Source: Felis catus
Lineage: Eukaryota
Direction: 5' to 3'
DNA length: 64,000 bases
Assembly (NCBI RefSeq): GCF_018350175.1
Contig: NC_058368.1
Coordinates: 33,606,001-33,670,000 of the forward strand
The translations under genes and the position numbers were made by a program. The notes under the pieces were generated by a model. The model was not told the DNA's origin. It searched no databases and was given only the letters and a program-made list of their open reading frames with translations. Of this stretch, positions 11,509-24,499 are shown one piece after another (position 1 is the stretch's first letter; every line of letters starts with the position of its first letter).

Positions 11509-12377
11509 AATAGTGTTACATCTTAACAGTTATGTAGATATCTTAATTCAATCCTCATCCTCAACTTCAGATGAGTTTTTTGGAACTTGAAATAGAACTT
11601 TAATAGATTCTAAGTGGATATACAAAGTAACTCTTCACAATTATGAATAGCTAATATACATAGATGACATAACATTCACTGATAGTGAAAAATACAGGAA
11701 ATACTGTCCTAAAAATCCTAATTAAAATTGCACTGAATTGTATTTATTAAACTTAAATGCTGATATAAGAAAACAAATTTAATTGTGAACATGGAGAGTG
11801 AGGAATGAAGAGAAAATTTTGAGAGTAATCTCAATGAGCTTTCTAAAATTCATGAATGTCTTAGAAATTGATGATATTGGTTTATAACAGCAATGATTTC
11901 ATAATAATACCTATGACCTAAATCCCATAATTAGTGCCTCACACATTTATCTTAAGCTTCTCTTTAAGTTAACAATCAATGTTATGTTATATTTAACTCT
12001 TAAGGTAAGCATGTGTTAAAATAGAGGAAAAAATTCTGGGTAAAAGGAAGGAGCAAAATATTACATACAGAACATCAAAAGACCTAGAAAAAAATAAAAG
12101 AAAAAAATGCATATATGAAAAATTATTTGGTAAGTAGAAGAGTCTGATTTAAATGCCATCAAAGATAGAACAAAAGCAGAGTAATATGATACACAATTAA
12201 TACCTCTGAGAGAAATGCATACCATAGAGAAATTAGTGGAGACAGTTTATATATCAGTCAGCACTTACATCTTTGGTCAAGAAAAGCTAATTTGTTACCT
12301 AATTGTTAGGTGATAAGAATTAGAAAAATACAGGGTATTTGCATGAGTCTGGTAAAAAAAAGAAAAAAAATATTTTA

Positions 12378-12590
12378 CTTTTTTAAAGTTTATTTTAAAA
12401 CTTTAAAATAGAAAGAGACAGCATGAGTGGGGGAGGGGCAGAGAGAGAGAGGGAGAGAGAGAGAGTCTCAAGCGGACTCCATGCTGCCAGCACAGAGCCG
12501 GACATGCGGCTTGAATCCTGAAACCACGAGATTGTAACTTGAGTGAAGCCAGAAGTCAGACACTTAAGGGACTGAGCCACCCAAGCACCC
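12378..12590 (-). mobile_element. Can-SINE
   Basis: SINE body ending actgagccacccaagcaccc, flanked by aaaaatatttta. Confidence 0.93.
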
Positions 12591-14362
12591 GAAGAAAAAT
12601 ATTTTAATAAACTGTGTCTTCCTATATATAACCTATGTATAAGTTCTTCCTACCTAAAGTTAAATATATTTTACTTGAGCAGTAAAATAGAATTAAAAGA
12701 AATTTTGTGCAATAAATGTGACATATAACATTTGTAAGTATGATGTGTTACTTTGATACCTTTGAATGTTGTAATATGACTGCCAATGTAGCAAAATTTA
12801 ATACATTACATAATTATAGCACACTATTATAATCTATGTTCACTATACTGTGCATTAGATCTCTATGCCTTATTTACTAATTACAAGTCTCCGCCCTTAA
12901 ATATTATCACTTATATCCTCCACCTCTCTCCATCCTGTGGTAACTAACACTTTACTCTGTTTTTACTCTGTTTTTTACAGGTTTAACCTTTTTTTTTAGA
13001 TTCCATATATAAGTGATATCATAGATTACTTGTTATTCTTTGTCCAGTTTATCTTGCTTAGCATAACATGCTCAAGGCCCTTCCATGTTGTCCCAAATGG
13101 GAGGATATCTTCCTTTCACATGACTGAATGATATCCTATTGTGTGTATGTAGCACATCTTTTTTATCCATTCATGTTTTGATGGGCATTTGAACTGTTTC
13201 CGTAACTTGGCTTTGGGAATAATGCTCCAATAAATACGGGTGTGCATATATCTTGCCATTTTCATTCCCTTTGGGTATATATCCAGAGTTGGAATTGCTG
13301 GATCATATGGCAGATCTATTTTTCATTTCTTGAGGAATTCCCACATTGTTTTCCATAGCGTTAGACATTTACATCACCTTCAGCAATGTATAAAGACTCT
13401 CTTTTCACGAGTATATGTTGCCTCTTGTCTTTTTGATGATAGCCATTCATTCTGACGGGTGGCTGTTAGATATCTCATTGTGGTTTTTGATTTGCACTTT
13501 CCTGATAATTAGTGATTCTGAGCATCTCTTGTGTATATTGGTCATTTGCATGTTCTCTTTGGAGAAATGTTTATTTAGTTCTGCCCATTTCTTAATTGGA
13601 TTATTTGGGAGGTTTTCCTTATTGAGTTGACAAAGTTCATTATACCCTTAGGATATTAATCCCTTGTCTATCCAATATGTGGTCTGCAAAATTTTTCTCC
13701 CATTCTACAGATTGTCTTCATTTTGTTGTTTCTTTTGCTGTGCTGAAGCTTTAAGTTTGATGTAGTCCCATTTATGGAATGTTTTTTTTGTTGTTGTTGT
13801 ATGTGCTTTTTTGTGCAATGCCCAAGAAACTATTGCCAAGACCCATATAATAAGCTTCTTCCCTACAGTTTCTTCTAGCAACTTTATGCTATCAGATCTT
13901 ATATTTAAGTCTTTGCTCCACTTACAGTTAATTTGGAGCAAATTTGGACCCCTATTTCACACCAAATGTGAAAATAGGTGTGAAATAGGGGTCCAAATTC
14001 ATTGTTTTGCATATGTTTCCCCAGTTTTTGCAGCACCATTTGTTGCAGAGACCATCCTTTCCCATTGAAAAGTCTTGGCTTCTTTGTCAAATATTAGTTA
14101 ATCATATAAGCTGGGGCCTCATCTTAGGTTCTCTGCTCTGTTTCATCAGTTAGTATGCCTATTTTTGTGCCAATACCGTATTGTTTTTATTACTATGGCT
14201 GTATAGTATAGTTTGAAATCCAGAAGCATTGTACCTCTGGCTTTGTTCTTTTTTCTCAGGATTTCTCATATGCTCTGGCTTTGTTCTTTTTTCTCAGGAT
14301 TTCTTTGGCTAATTGAGGTCTTTTATGATTTCACACACATTTTAAGATTGTTTCTTCTATTT

Positions 14363-14575
14363 CGGGGTACCTGGGTGGCTCAGTCAGTTAAGCATCCCAC
14401 TTCGGCTCAGGTCATGATCTCACGGTTCATGAGTTCGAGCCCCTCATTGGGCTCTGTGCTGACAGCTCAGAGCCTGGAGCCTGCTTCAGATTCTGTCTCC
14501 CTTTCTCTCTGCTCCTCCCCCACTCATGTTCTGTCTCTCTCTCTCTCCTTCAAAAATAAATAAAAACATTAAAAA
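14363..14575 (+). mobile_element. Can-SINE in L1
   Basis: Perfect 19-bp TSD aagattgtttcttctattt at 14344-14362 and 14576-14594. Confidence 0.97.
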
Positions 14576-17484
14576 AAGATTGTTTCTTCTATTTGAAGAA
14601 TACTTTTTGTTTTGATAGAGAATACATTGACTCTGTAGGCAGGTTATGTTGTATGACAGTTTTAACAAGTTTAAATCATGAATACAGATGTCTTTCCATT
14701 TGTTTGTGTCTTCTTTGATTTTTGTCAGCAAAGTTTTGTAGTTTCTATGTACAGATCTTTCACTTCCTTCATTAAATTTATTCCTTCATATTTTATTGTT
14801 TTTGATGCTACTGTGAATGGGATGATTTTGTTTATTTTCCAGTGCTTCATCAGTAGTGTGAAGGAACGAAATTAATTAATTTCTGTAGGTTGATTTTGTA
14901 TACTGCAACTTTAGTTAAGTCATTAATTAATGCCAATATTTTTTTTTATTGATTCTTGGGATTCTCTCCATATGGAATCATACCAAAAGCAAATAATAAC
15001 CATTTTACTTCTTTCTTTCCAATTTAGATGCCTTTTATTCCTCTTTCTTTTCCAATTGCTCTAGCTGGGACTTCAGTATTATCTGTACCGGTAGTGGGAG
15101 CAGGCTTTCATGCCTTGCTCCTGATCTTATGGGAAACACTTCTAATTTCTCTGTATTGAGTAGATTGTTAGCTGTGGATCTGTCATATAATACCTTCGTT
15201 ATGTTATGCTCCTTTTATACCTAGTCTGTTCAGGGTTTTCATCATCAATGATTGTTACATGTTGTCAAATTCATTTTCTGCATCTATTGAGATGATCATG
15301 TGACTTTTATCTCTCATTTCATTGATGTGAGGTAATGTTTCTTGATTTGCATATGTTAAAGAGCCCTGCATCCCAGGGATAAATCCCACTCAGTCATAGT
15401 GTATAATCCTTTAAATGTGTTCTTGAATTTGGTTTGCTAATATTTTCTTGAGAATTTTTACATGCATGTGCAGTAGAAATATTGGTCTATATTTTTCCTG
15501 GTTTTGTTCTGTCCTTACTTGGTTTTGGTATCAAAGTAATGCTGGTCTCAGAGAATAAGTGCTGCCTCCTCCCCAATATCTTGGAAGAGTTCAAGAAGAT
15601 TGGTGTTAATTTTTCTTTAAGCTTTTGGTATAATTCTCCAGTGATGCCACTTGATCCTGAAGATTTCTGGGTTAGGAGTTTTTTGATTACTGATTCAATT
15701 TCTCTACTCATTAATATTTTGTTCAGATTTTCTGTTTCTTTTTTATTCAGTCTTGGTAGCTTGTGTGTTTCTAGAAAAGTATTCATTTCATCTAGATTAT
15801 GTAATTTGCTGGCACATAATTATTCACAGTAGTCTCATGATTTCATGTATTTTGGTGGTACCAGTTGAAAGGTCCCCTCTTTTGTTTGTAACTTTGTAAC
15901 TTTGTAACTTTACTGATTTGGCTTTTCTTTTTTCCTTAGTCCAGTTACAGTACTGTCAATTTGTTTATCTCTTTTAAGATAAGAGATAATTCTTCTCTTT
16001 AAGAAGAATCTTCTCTTTTGTTGACCCATTCTATTTTTTCTGGTCTGTATTTCATTCACTTCCACTTTAATTCTTATTATATTTTTCCTTCTGATATCTT
16101 TGGTCATAGTTTGTTCTTCTTTTTTGGGTTACTTTAAGTATAAAATTAAGTTTTTATATTTTTCTAATGTCTTAATATATGCATTTATTGCTATAAACTT
16201 TACTCTCAGAACTGTCAATACATGTCAATACATGACATGTTGTGTTTTCATTTGTATTTCTTTTGAGATTTCTTTTTTATTTCGCTTTGACTTCTTCCTT
16301 AACCCCATGGTTGTTTAGAAGTGTGTTGTTTAACTTCCACATATTTGTAAATCTTCTCACTTTCCTCTTATTATTGATTTCTAAGTTTCATAACATTATG
16401 GCCAGAGAAGATAGTTGGTATTATTTCAATCTTAAATTTGCTAAGATTTGTTTTTTAGCCTATTATATGATCTATCCTGGATATGGGGCCTGGAGAATGT
16501 TTTATGTGCACTTGAGAAGAATGTGTATTCTGCTGCTGTTGGATGTATTTGTCTATTAAGTCCATGTGTTCTAAACTGTGCTTCAATTCCAATATTTCCT
16601 TGTCGATTTTCCATTTATAGAATCTATCTATTGCTGATGATGAAGTATTAAAGTCTCTTACAATTATTGCATTTTTGCCTATTTTGCTCTTAAGTTCTGT
16701 TACTAATTGCTTAATATATTTTAGTGCTTGGGTACTGGGAATGTGTACATTTAGGATTGTTATATCTTCTTGATGTATTGATCCCTTATCATAAAATGAC
16801 CTCCTTTGTCTTATTACATTTTTTGGCCTGATACAAGTTTGACTACACCTACCTTTTCTTCATTTCTGTTTGCTTGGAATATCATCTTCCATACTTTCGC
16901 TTTGAGACTACGTGTGTCTTTAGAGCTGAAATGAGTCTCTTGTAGTCAGCATATAATTGGGTCTCACTATTTTTTTATTCGTCCAGCCCCTCTATGACTT
17001 TTGATTGGTGAGTTCATTCCATTTACATCTAGGGTGATTATGAATATGCCACAATTTATACTGCCATTTTAACTTTCGACTTCTGGTTATCTTGTCTCTG
17101 AATTGTTTCTTTTTCCTTCTGTTTCTGTCTAGCTATGTAAGTTGGTAGTTGTCCATGGTGATTTGTTCAGTGTCTCCCTTTTTTTATGTCTTGTGTTTCT
17201 TCTCTAGAGTTTTGCTTTCATGATTACCATGAGGCTTACATGAAATATTTCATAGATAAAAATAGTCCTTTTTCTGCTGATAGCAATTTATCTTCATTCA
17301 TCTATAAAAGTTCCATTCTTATATTCTGCCTCTGTTATAGTTTAGATGTCACAAATTATCTCCTTTTATGCTATGATTTCATTACCAAGTTATGGTAGCT
17401 ATAGTTATTTTTAATGCTCATTTATTCTAAAGTTTATGCTGTAATTAAAAGTTTAATATACTATTCTTAAAAAGACTTATTCTA

Positions 17485-17699
17485 GGGGCGCCTGGGTGGC
17501 GCAGTCGGTTAAGCGTCCGACTTCAGCCAGGTCACGATCTCACGGTCCATGAGTTTGAGCCCCGCGTCAGGCTCTGGGCTGATGGCTCAGAGCCTGGAGC
17601 CTGTTTCCGATTCTGTGTCTCCCTCTCTCTCTGCCCCTCCCCCATTCATGCTCTGTCTCTCTCTGTCCCAAAAATAAACGTTGAAAAAAAAATTAAAAA
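17485..17699 (+). mobile_element. Young full-length Can-SINE (SINEC_Fc type) in L1
   Basis: ggggcgcctgggtggcgcagtcggttaagcgtccgac head. TSD aaaaagacttattcta at 17469-17484 and 17700-17715. Confidence 0.97.
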
Positions 17700-18492
17700 A
17701 AAAAGACTTATTCTAATTCTCACTCTCATATTGATCAAAATTTTGTGTGTGTGTGTTTGTTTGTTTGTTTCAGCTGAAAGAGCTCATTTCAACATTTTGT
17801 GTAAGCCAGGTCTAGGGTTTGTGAACTCCTTTAACTTTTGTTTGCCTGGGAAAGCCTTTATTTGTCCTTCATATCTGAAGGATAACTTTGCCAGATAGAC
17901 TACTCTTCTTGGCTGGCAGTTTTTATCTTTCAATATTTTGCGTGTGTCATTTTACTCTCTGCTGGCTTATAAAGTTTCTGCTGAGAAGCCTGCTGGTAGC
18001 CTAATGAGGGTACCTTTGTAGGTTACTGTCTTTTTTCCCTGACTGCCTTTAAAATTCTTTATCATTGACTTTTGACAGTTTTAATATAAAACTGGAGAAG
18101 GTCTTTGTGCATTGAGATAATGAGGTGTTCTATTGGCTTTTTGGTCTTGTATATCCAGTTCCTTTCCAAGGCTTGGGAAATTCTCAGCTATTATTTCTTT
18201 AAATATACTCTCTGCTTCGTCCTTCCTCATTTCTCTTTTTGGGATGTCCATTATTTTTATGTTGGATTTTCTAGTGGATTCATATAATTCTTGTAAGATT
18301 TATTCACTTTTTAGAAATTTTAGTTCTCTCTCCTTTGCCACCTGAATCATCTTTACATTTCAATCTTTATGCTCACTAATTCTCTCTTTTGCATGATCAG
18401 CTCCATTTCTAATCAATTCTAGTTCATTCTTCATGTCATTATTAGGTTCTTCAGTTCCAGAATATTTTGTTCCCTTATAGAAATTCAACCTC

Positions 18493-18714
18493 GGGTCGCC
18501 TGGGTGGCTCAGTCGGTTAAGCGGCCGACTTCGGCTTAGGTCATGATCTCGTGGTCCGTGAGTTTGAGCCCCGTGTCGGGCTCTGTGCTGACAGCTCAGA
18601 GCCTAGAGCCTGTTTCAGATTCTGTGTCTCCCTCTCTCTGACCCTCCCCCATTCATGCTCTGTCTCTCTCTGTCTCAAAAATAAATAAACATTAAAAAAA
18701 TTAAAAAAAAAAAA
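18493..18714 (+). mobile_element. Can-SINE in L1
   Basis: TSD agaaattcaacctc at 18479-18492 and 18715-18728. Confidence 0.97.
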
Positions 18715-18990
18715 AGAAATTCAACCTCTATGGTAAAGTACCCCTTCTGTTTGTTACTTTTATTCTCAATATCATTGTATCGCCTTGTATTCTGAATTTT
18801 CTTGTAGCTCATTGAATTTCTTCATAACAGCTATTTAAAATTCTTTATCAGCTATATTGCAATATTCCATGTCTTTGAGTTCATTTGCTGGAAAATTGTC
18901 ATTTTCTTTTTGTAATACCACATTACCATGATTTTTCATGGTGTTCAATGAGAAGTGCCTCTGCCACCACATTTGAAGTAGTGAACACCT

Positions 18991-19144
18991 GGGGCGCCTG
19001 GGTGGCTCAGTCAGTTAAGCGTCCAACTTTAGCTCAGGTCATGATCTCAGGGACTGTGAGTTTGAGTTCTGTGTCAGGCTCTGTGCTGACTGCTCAGAGC
19101 CTGGAGCCTGCTTCGGATTCTGTGTCTCTGTCTCTCTCTCTGCC
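18991..19144 (+). mobile_element. 3'-truncated Can-SINE
   Basis: Normal head and body, but it stops after ctctctctgcc with no A-tail and no TSD. Confidence 0.93.
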
Positions 19145-19200
19145 TGCCTGTAATGACTCCTGCTACCAAGATGCTGATGTCACCTGTCTACCTCAGAATT

Positions 19201-19414
19201 TTTTTTCTTTTTCTTTTACTTTTTTTTTTTTGAGAAAGAAAGCGAGCAAGCACAAAAGCAGGGTAGAAGGAAAGAGGGAGAGAGAGAGAATCTTAACAGC
19301 TTCCATACCCAGTATAGAGCTCAATGCAGGGCTTGATCCCACAACCATGAGATTGTGACCTGAGCCAAAATCAAGAGTCAGATACTTAACAGACTGAACC
19401 ACCCAGGGGCCTCC
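19201..19414 (-). mobile_element. Can-SINE (older subfamily)
   Basis: Antisense SINE flanked by ac(c/a)tcagaattttt. Confidence 0.92.
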
Positions 19415-20803
19415 ACATCAGAATTTTTAAAAAGGTATTGACATTTTGACATCCTGGGGGAAAAATAGAAAAGAAGTTCCAAATTAAAAAATTTCAAATG
19501 TTAGAGAATATGCAAGTAGGAAGTCTTCCAAGAAGTATTAGGAAAAAGAAAAGCATAATTTGAAATAAATGGATGAGTGAATAAGGAAAAATATAAAACT
19601 TATCAGTCTTTTGGTTTGTTTCAGTTTTGAAAGACTTTACCTTCACTACCTATACTGAGCTACAAAGGTTCTATGTTCCCAATTCATTGCATTTATTTTG
19701 GCCATTGTATTCAAAATAAGTGGATATATATGTGAACTTTAAAGAAATAATGAGTGTGGGCAACCAAGAATGTGGCAACATCTTTTTCAGTTTAGAAAAA
19801 GTAACTTTCAAGGTGGAAGATATTTTACACAGATAACGATATGATCTGGTTAGGTTTTTGTAGTTATTCTGTTTTATGTTTGTTTTACTTTTATTTTGTT
19901 CCTTACCTGAAAGTGTGGCTATTGCTTTTAAAGTATCATGTTAGAAGCTTTTCAGGGGAGTTTTGGGTGGTTTACATTATAGTAAGATCACCTGGTAAAG
20001 TAAACCTAGTAGCAAGAGAACACTTAAAACTCTTCCTTCACTTTGTAAAACACACAAAAAAGAGTTGATCCTCCTCTCAGAGTAATGTCATTGAAATAGG
20101 ATTTAACATGAGATATGAAGGAGTATTGAAACTTCATATGGCGTTGAAGCTATGTTTAATATCATCCCTTCCCCTCCAAAACAAAATGTAAACACAGTAT
20201 TGTATTATGAGAAAATAAAAAAAATACTTAAGATTATAAGGTGAGAATAATATTATCTATCATACTGTTATGATTCTTCAAATCTTACCTCATTTTTATG
20301 CTTGTCTTATTTAATATTTGAAAAAATACAGATAGAGACTGAAAGAATCCCTAGGTAGCCTTTGTCCATAACTCTCATTTTGAAGATAGTAATCTTTGGG
20401 TGTTTATAATGTTTATAATGTCTGGGTGGGTTTGTCTAATGTCACATAAGTAATCAGGAGCAGATTTAATTGTTAGTGTTCTTTTTTTGGTAAAAACACG
20501 GTAGATTCTATGTTCACTTATACATGCCTAGAAGTTTACAATTTTTGTAGACTGCACTGAATGAAACACTGCATATCATGTCTGTTTGTCAAATTATTTG
20601 TACCTAGTTCTGCATTTTCATGAGGTACCAAGAGGCCAAAGAATAAACTCCTTAGTATTAGTAGTAGTGCCCTCCTTAAGTATATTTTGCTCTTTCCTTG
20701 CTTTACATTACCAACCTTACGAGCAGGTGGCAGAATAGACAATCCTCTGTTATACAGGTACACAGATGGACTTTTAGATAAAAGCACATTAGCCTTACTT
20801 GCT

Positions 20804-21223
20804 TGTTATGGGCTGAATTGTGTTCCCCCCAAATCTGTAGGCTCATATGCTGATTCCTATATCGTAAGACCCAGTGCCTCAGAATGTGTCAATATTTAGA
20901 GATATGGGGTCTTTGAAAATCGTAAGGTAAAGGAAGTCTTTGGGGTGGGCCTTAGTCCAATGTGACTGTTATCCTTGCAGAAACAGGTAATTTGGACATG
21001 TAGATAAAAACAGCAATCACATGTGTATGCGAGAGGGATGACCATGAGAAGACACAGTAAGAAGGTGGCCATCGGTGAGTCAAGGAGAGAGACTATGAAA
21101 GAAACCAGTCTCACTAATACCTTGATCTCAGACAACTAGCCTCAAGAACGGTGAGAAAATAAATCTGTTGTTTAAGTCAGCCCGTCTGTGGTATTTTGTT
21201 ACGGCAGCCTCAGCAAACTAACA
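20804..21223 (+). mobile_element. MaLR solo LTR (MLT1B-like)
   Basis: Begins tgttatgggctgaattgtgttccccc, contains aataaa, and ends gtctgtggtattttgttacggcagcctcagcaaactaaca (TG...CA termini). Confidence 0.9.
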
Positions 21224-23151
21224 CTGCCTATTTTCCTTTATGAACACACATCATGGGTAATTCATTGACTTGAGCCTTTGGGTTTCTACTATTTCTTTAA
21301 TGCTACAAATACAATTTTTACTTGCCACTGTTTATCCTTTACTGGACTAATTGGTTCATAAGCAGGAAACTTTGAGAAGTTATCTTTTGTGTATCAGCAC
21401 CATATGTAAACATGAAGTTTTCAAGAGTCTACGTTGTATGCTGCTACAACTGAGAGGATGTATTTAGAAATATAACAGTAAGTCTAGCTACCCTGCCTCA
21501 CTCAAACTATTAGAATAAATCCATCTTGCCTTACAGTTCTGCCAACCCCAGTCACTGACCGAAGTCCCATCCTTCCAGTCAATGCAAGATATAATTTCTG
21601 TACATTTCCCAACCTAATCCAATCATCCATCCCTTCCTGTTCTCTCCATAATTTTCATCACTTTGTAATCAACAAACTTCCTATATATGTACCATTTTGC
21701 ATTGTTATTACTACCTTTGCTTTTATGGAAAACCAGCTGTGAATTGAACATCAGCTTCTCCTATAATTCACCAATCTGAAACCATTTTTTATTGTTTTAC
21801 ATACCTGTACTAGAAGGGTAACCTGATACCTTTTTGCCTGCAATTGTCACTTCTGGGTCTTTATTGTCCTAAAAGATACTACCACCACCACCAAAAACAT
21901 AACAGTAAATTTCCTCTTTCACTGTGTGTAGTAACAAGGCTCAAACATTCTCATCCCTCTTAACTACCTTCACCTATTTATCTCTTGATCTTTCCCCTGG
22001 TAGTCACTGAAGAAGTTAAATACATGTTTATCTTTCTTCTCTTCTCCAACTATTACCATTTTCAGTACTATCAAAATCCACATGGTAACATTTTATCAAT
22101 TAGAACTCTCATTTCTTTACTAGTCTTCTTTTAGTTTCTTGAATTAGCGAAATTCATTTCTACATCAGAACCTTTTGTACCTATTTGTTGAAATGCTCTT
22201 ATCTTTCCATGTACAAATTTTTTAATGCTAACTACAGCTTAAGAAATATAAATTCTGTATCACGGTTTTTCATGGTTAAAAAAAAAGTGCCTTTCATAAG
22301 AGGAAGGAAAGAATGAAAGAGAACAGGATGGGGTGAGGGAATTAAGAACAAAGGAAGATTAATATCAAAATGAAGCCACTAAACTTTCTGAAGTATAGAG
22401 AAGGAAAAAAAAATCTAAACAATATTTTCCCATGCTACTCTTAATAAACACACCCAGGCATGTTATTTTGAATTCCCATGTCTTTACTGCCTACTTTTTA
22501 AGAAGTAAACCACTTTGGCCATGGCCTAGATAAAATTCATTTTCAAAAGACTTTAACCAACTATGGCCTCAGGAAAAAAAAATATTAGCTACTGAAATAT
22601 ATAAATTTAAGAACTTGCAAAATGTGCATAATGGAACACAGAATGAAAGTGACGTCACCCAAAATTGGTGTCTGCCACTTTTTAGTCAGAAGACAAAGTT
22701 TAAGGGGAAGAGTATATCTAAAATTCATTGAAGTAACAGGGCAAGGATAACATCATGAACCATTTCCAAAGAATTAAAAGACCAATTTTCATTTTTTTGT
22801 TATGAAAATATTGGCATGTTATGCTTCATAATTAGGTCACATGTGAGGCCATACCAGGAGTCAAAGATAATTCAGGAAGTTGATTAGAAAATGTACCTTT
22901 CAGCCATCTTGCTTTCAGCTTATCTGAACCTGACACTTGCAGCTGTTTGCCATGCATATTGAGGCACTGAAATGATTTTTATTAAAACGCAGTTAGTGTT
23001 GTCAGTTTGTTTCCAAAACTTGGTCTTGGCTAAAAGGGACATTTCCTCCTGAATATCCAACACCCAATTCCAGAGGGTTTATATTTGCTTTGTGTGAATA
23101 TTCAGTTTCCGGTTTTCAATTGGAAAATTCTATGGAAGAGGTTTTTTGTGT

Positions 23152-23182
<31 letters not shown>
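23152..23182. repeat. Poly(T) tract
   Basis: Direct reading, about 30 T. Confidence 0.95.
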
Positions 23183-23185
<3 letters not shown>

Positions 23186-24499
23186 ATAGAAGGTAACGAA
23201 AATACCACACAAAAGAGATGAATCAAATCCGCAGAAATCCCATTTAAACAGCAGCATTATTTTTTTCCGATGAAATATCTTCTAAAAAAATCTCAGATAT
23301 TAGATTTTTTAGTTATAAATACTCCTGTTGAGAATGGCATTTCTGAATCATGATTATACTCCACAACATATTTTTCTGGAATTTCCCTTATTATTTTGAC
23401 TCTTTTTGCTTACCCAAAAATAAATGTGACCTTTTATGGTTTGCAAAGATTTTGAAGTCTACCTTTTTGCCTATCTGTACAGCAGTAACATATAATTAAT
23501 AAAAAAGGAATCTGTATTGAGGTATAATAATTTCCCAGTTTTCTTCTCTTTATATTACCACTTTCACAAACTGTTCATCTCACTTTAACTTCTAAGTTCC
23601 ATCTGTTTGAAAAGAAAGCTTTATGATTGTGTGACACTCTTTAGGGAGAAACAAAAAGGGAAAAGGAGAAGAAAGTACTATCTTCCTGAGTGAGTACCTT
23701 TTATAAAATTATTAGAGAGGAATTTTTATTAATGGGATTTTTATTTATTATTTTTCACACCATGGAATATAATAATATTTAATATAGAAAGACAACACAA
23801 GTAAGTCATAACAATATAAAAACTCAAAAACATTAATTGCTTGACATAAAAAAGTAATAAGATGCCACAAATATACATATACACATTCACATGCATTGAT
23901 TGGTTAAAGCTTGATAGCAAGTGCAAATAAGTGAGAGCATAAAATAAAAGCTACAGGCAACAAATGTAGCAGAAGGGAATGAGACAAGAAGGATAATAGC
24001 TTGCTATAAATTAAGAGGGAAATAAAATTAATGATGAGTTTTTAGTAGCCAAGATACTGAACTAATATTTTAAACTTGTCTTGAAGGGAAAAAATGGCAG
24101 AAGGAAATCTAGACATTTGGAGAGTAATGGAGACCAGACTAATTGCAGTTTTAAAAATCTAATAAGAAAATAGAGTACACCTCAAATTAAATATGTAAAA
24201 TGACAGAGTTCAGGTGTAATTTGTAATAAAGTAATAAAATAATTATAAGCCCCTAAGAATGTCTTAGACAATCATATAGCACAGAGAGAAATATAGCCTT
24301 AGTATCAGAGAAGCTAAGAAACTATACTCAGGAAATTATTGCTCATCTGAATCTAGTCCCAGTAGATACCTCAATAATATAAAATTTTGTTTAAGAGGAT
24401 AAATGCAAACATTTTTGCCTAGCTGTCAATAATTCCTGGGAGATTTATTTGTAGAAAAGTATATAATTATTTGTCATTTGAAGCATACCTTCCTATTAT

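Larger units (their letters stand above)
12715..19185 (-). mobile_element. Near-full-length older L1 (L1MA9/L1_Carn7-like 3'UTR), decayed, 5'UTR largely missing
   Basis: Minus-strand ORF2p peptides (WSKDLNIRSDSIKLLEE, FLETHKLPRLNKKETENLN, IKEDTNKWKDI), ORF1-like sequence at ~17.8-18.9 kb and an L1MA-type 3'UTR at 12.7-13.0 kb. Many stops and frameshifts; four SINE insertions. Confidence 0.9.

Noticed and set aside
17485..17570. tRNA-like A/B-box sequence
   Set aside because: It is the tRNA-derived head of a SINE, followed by (CT)n, an A-tail and a TSD.
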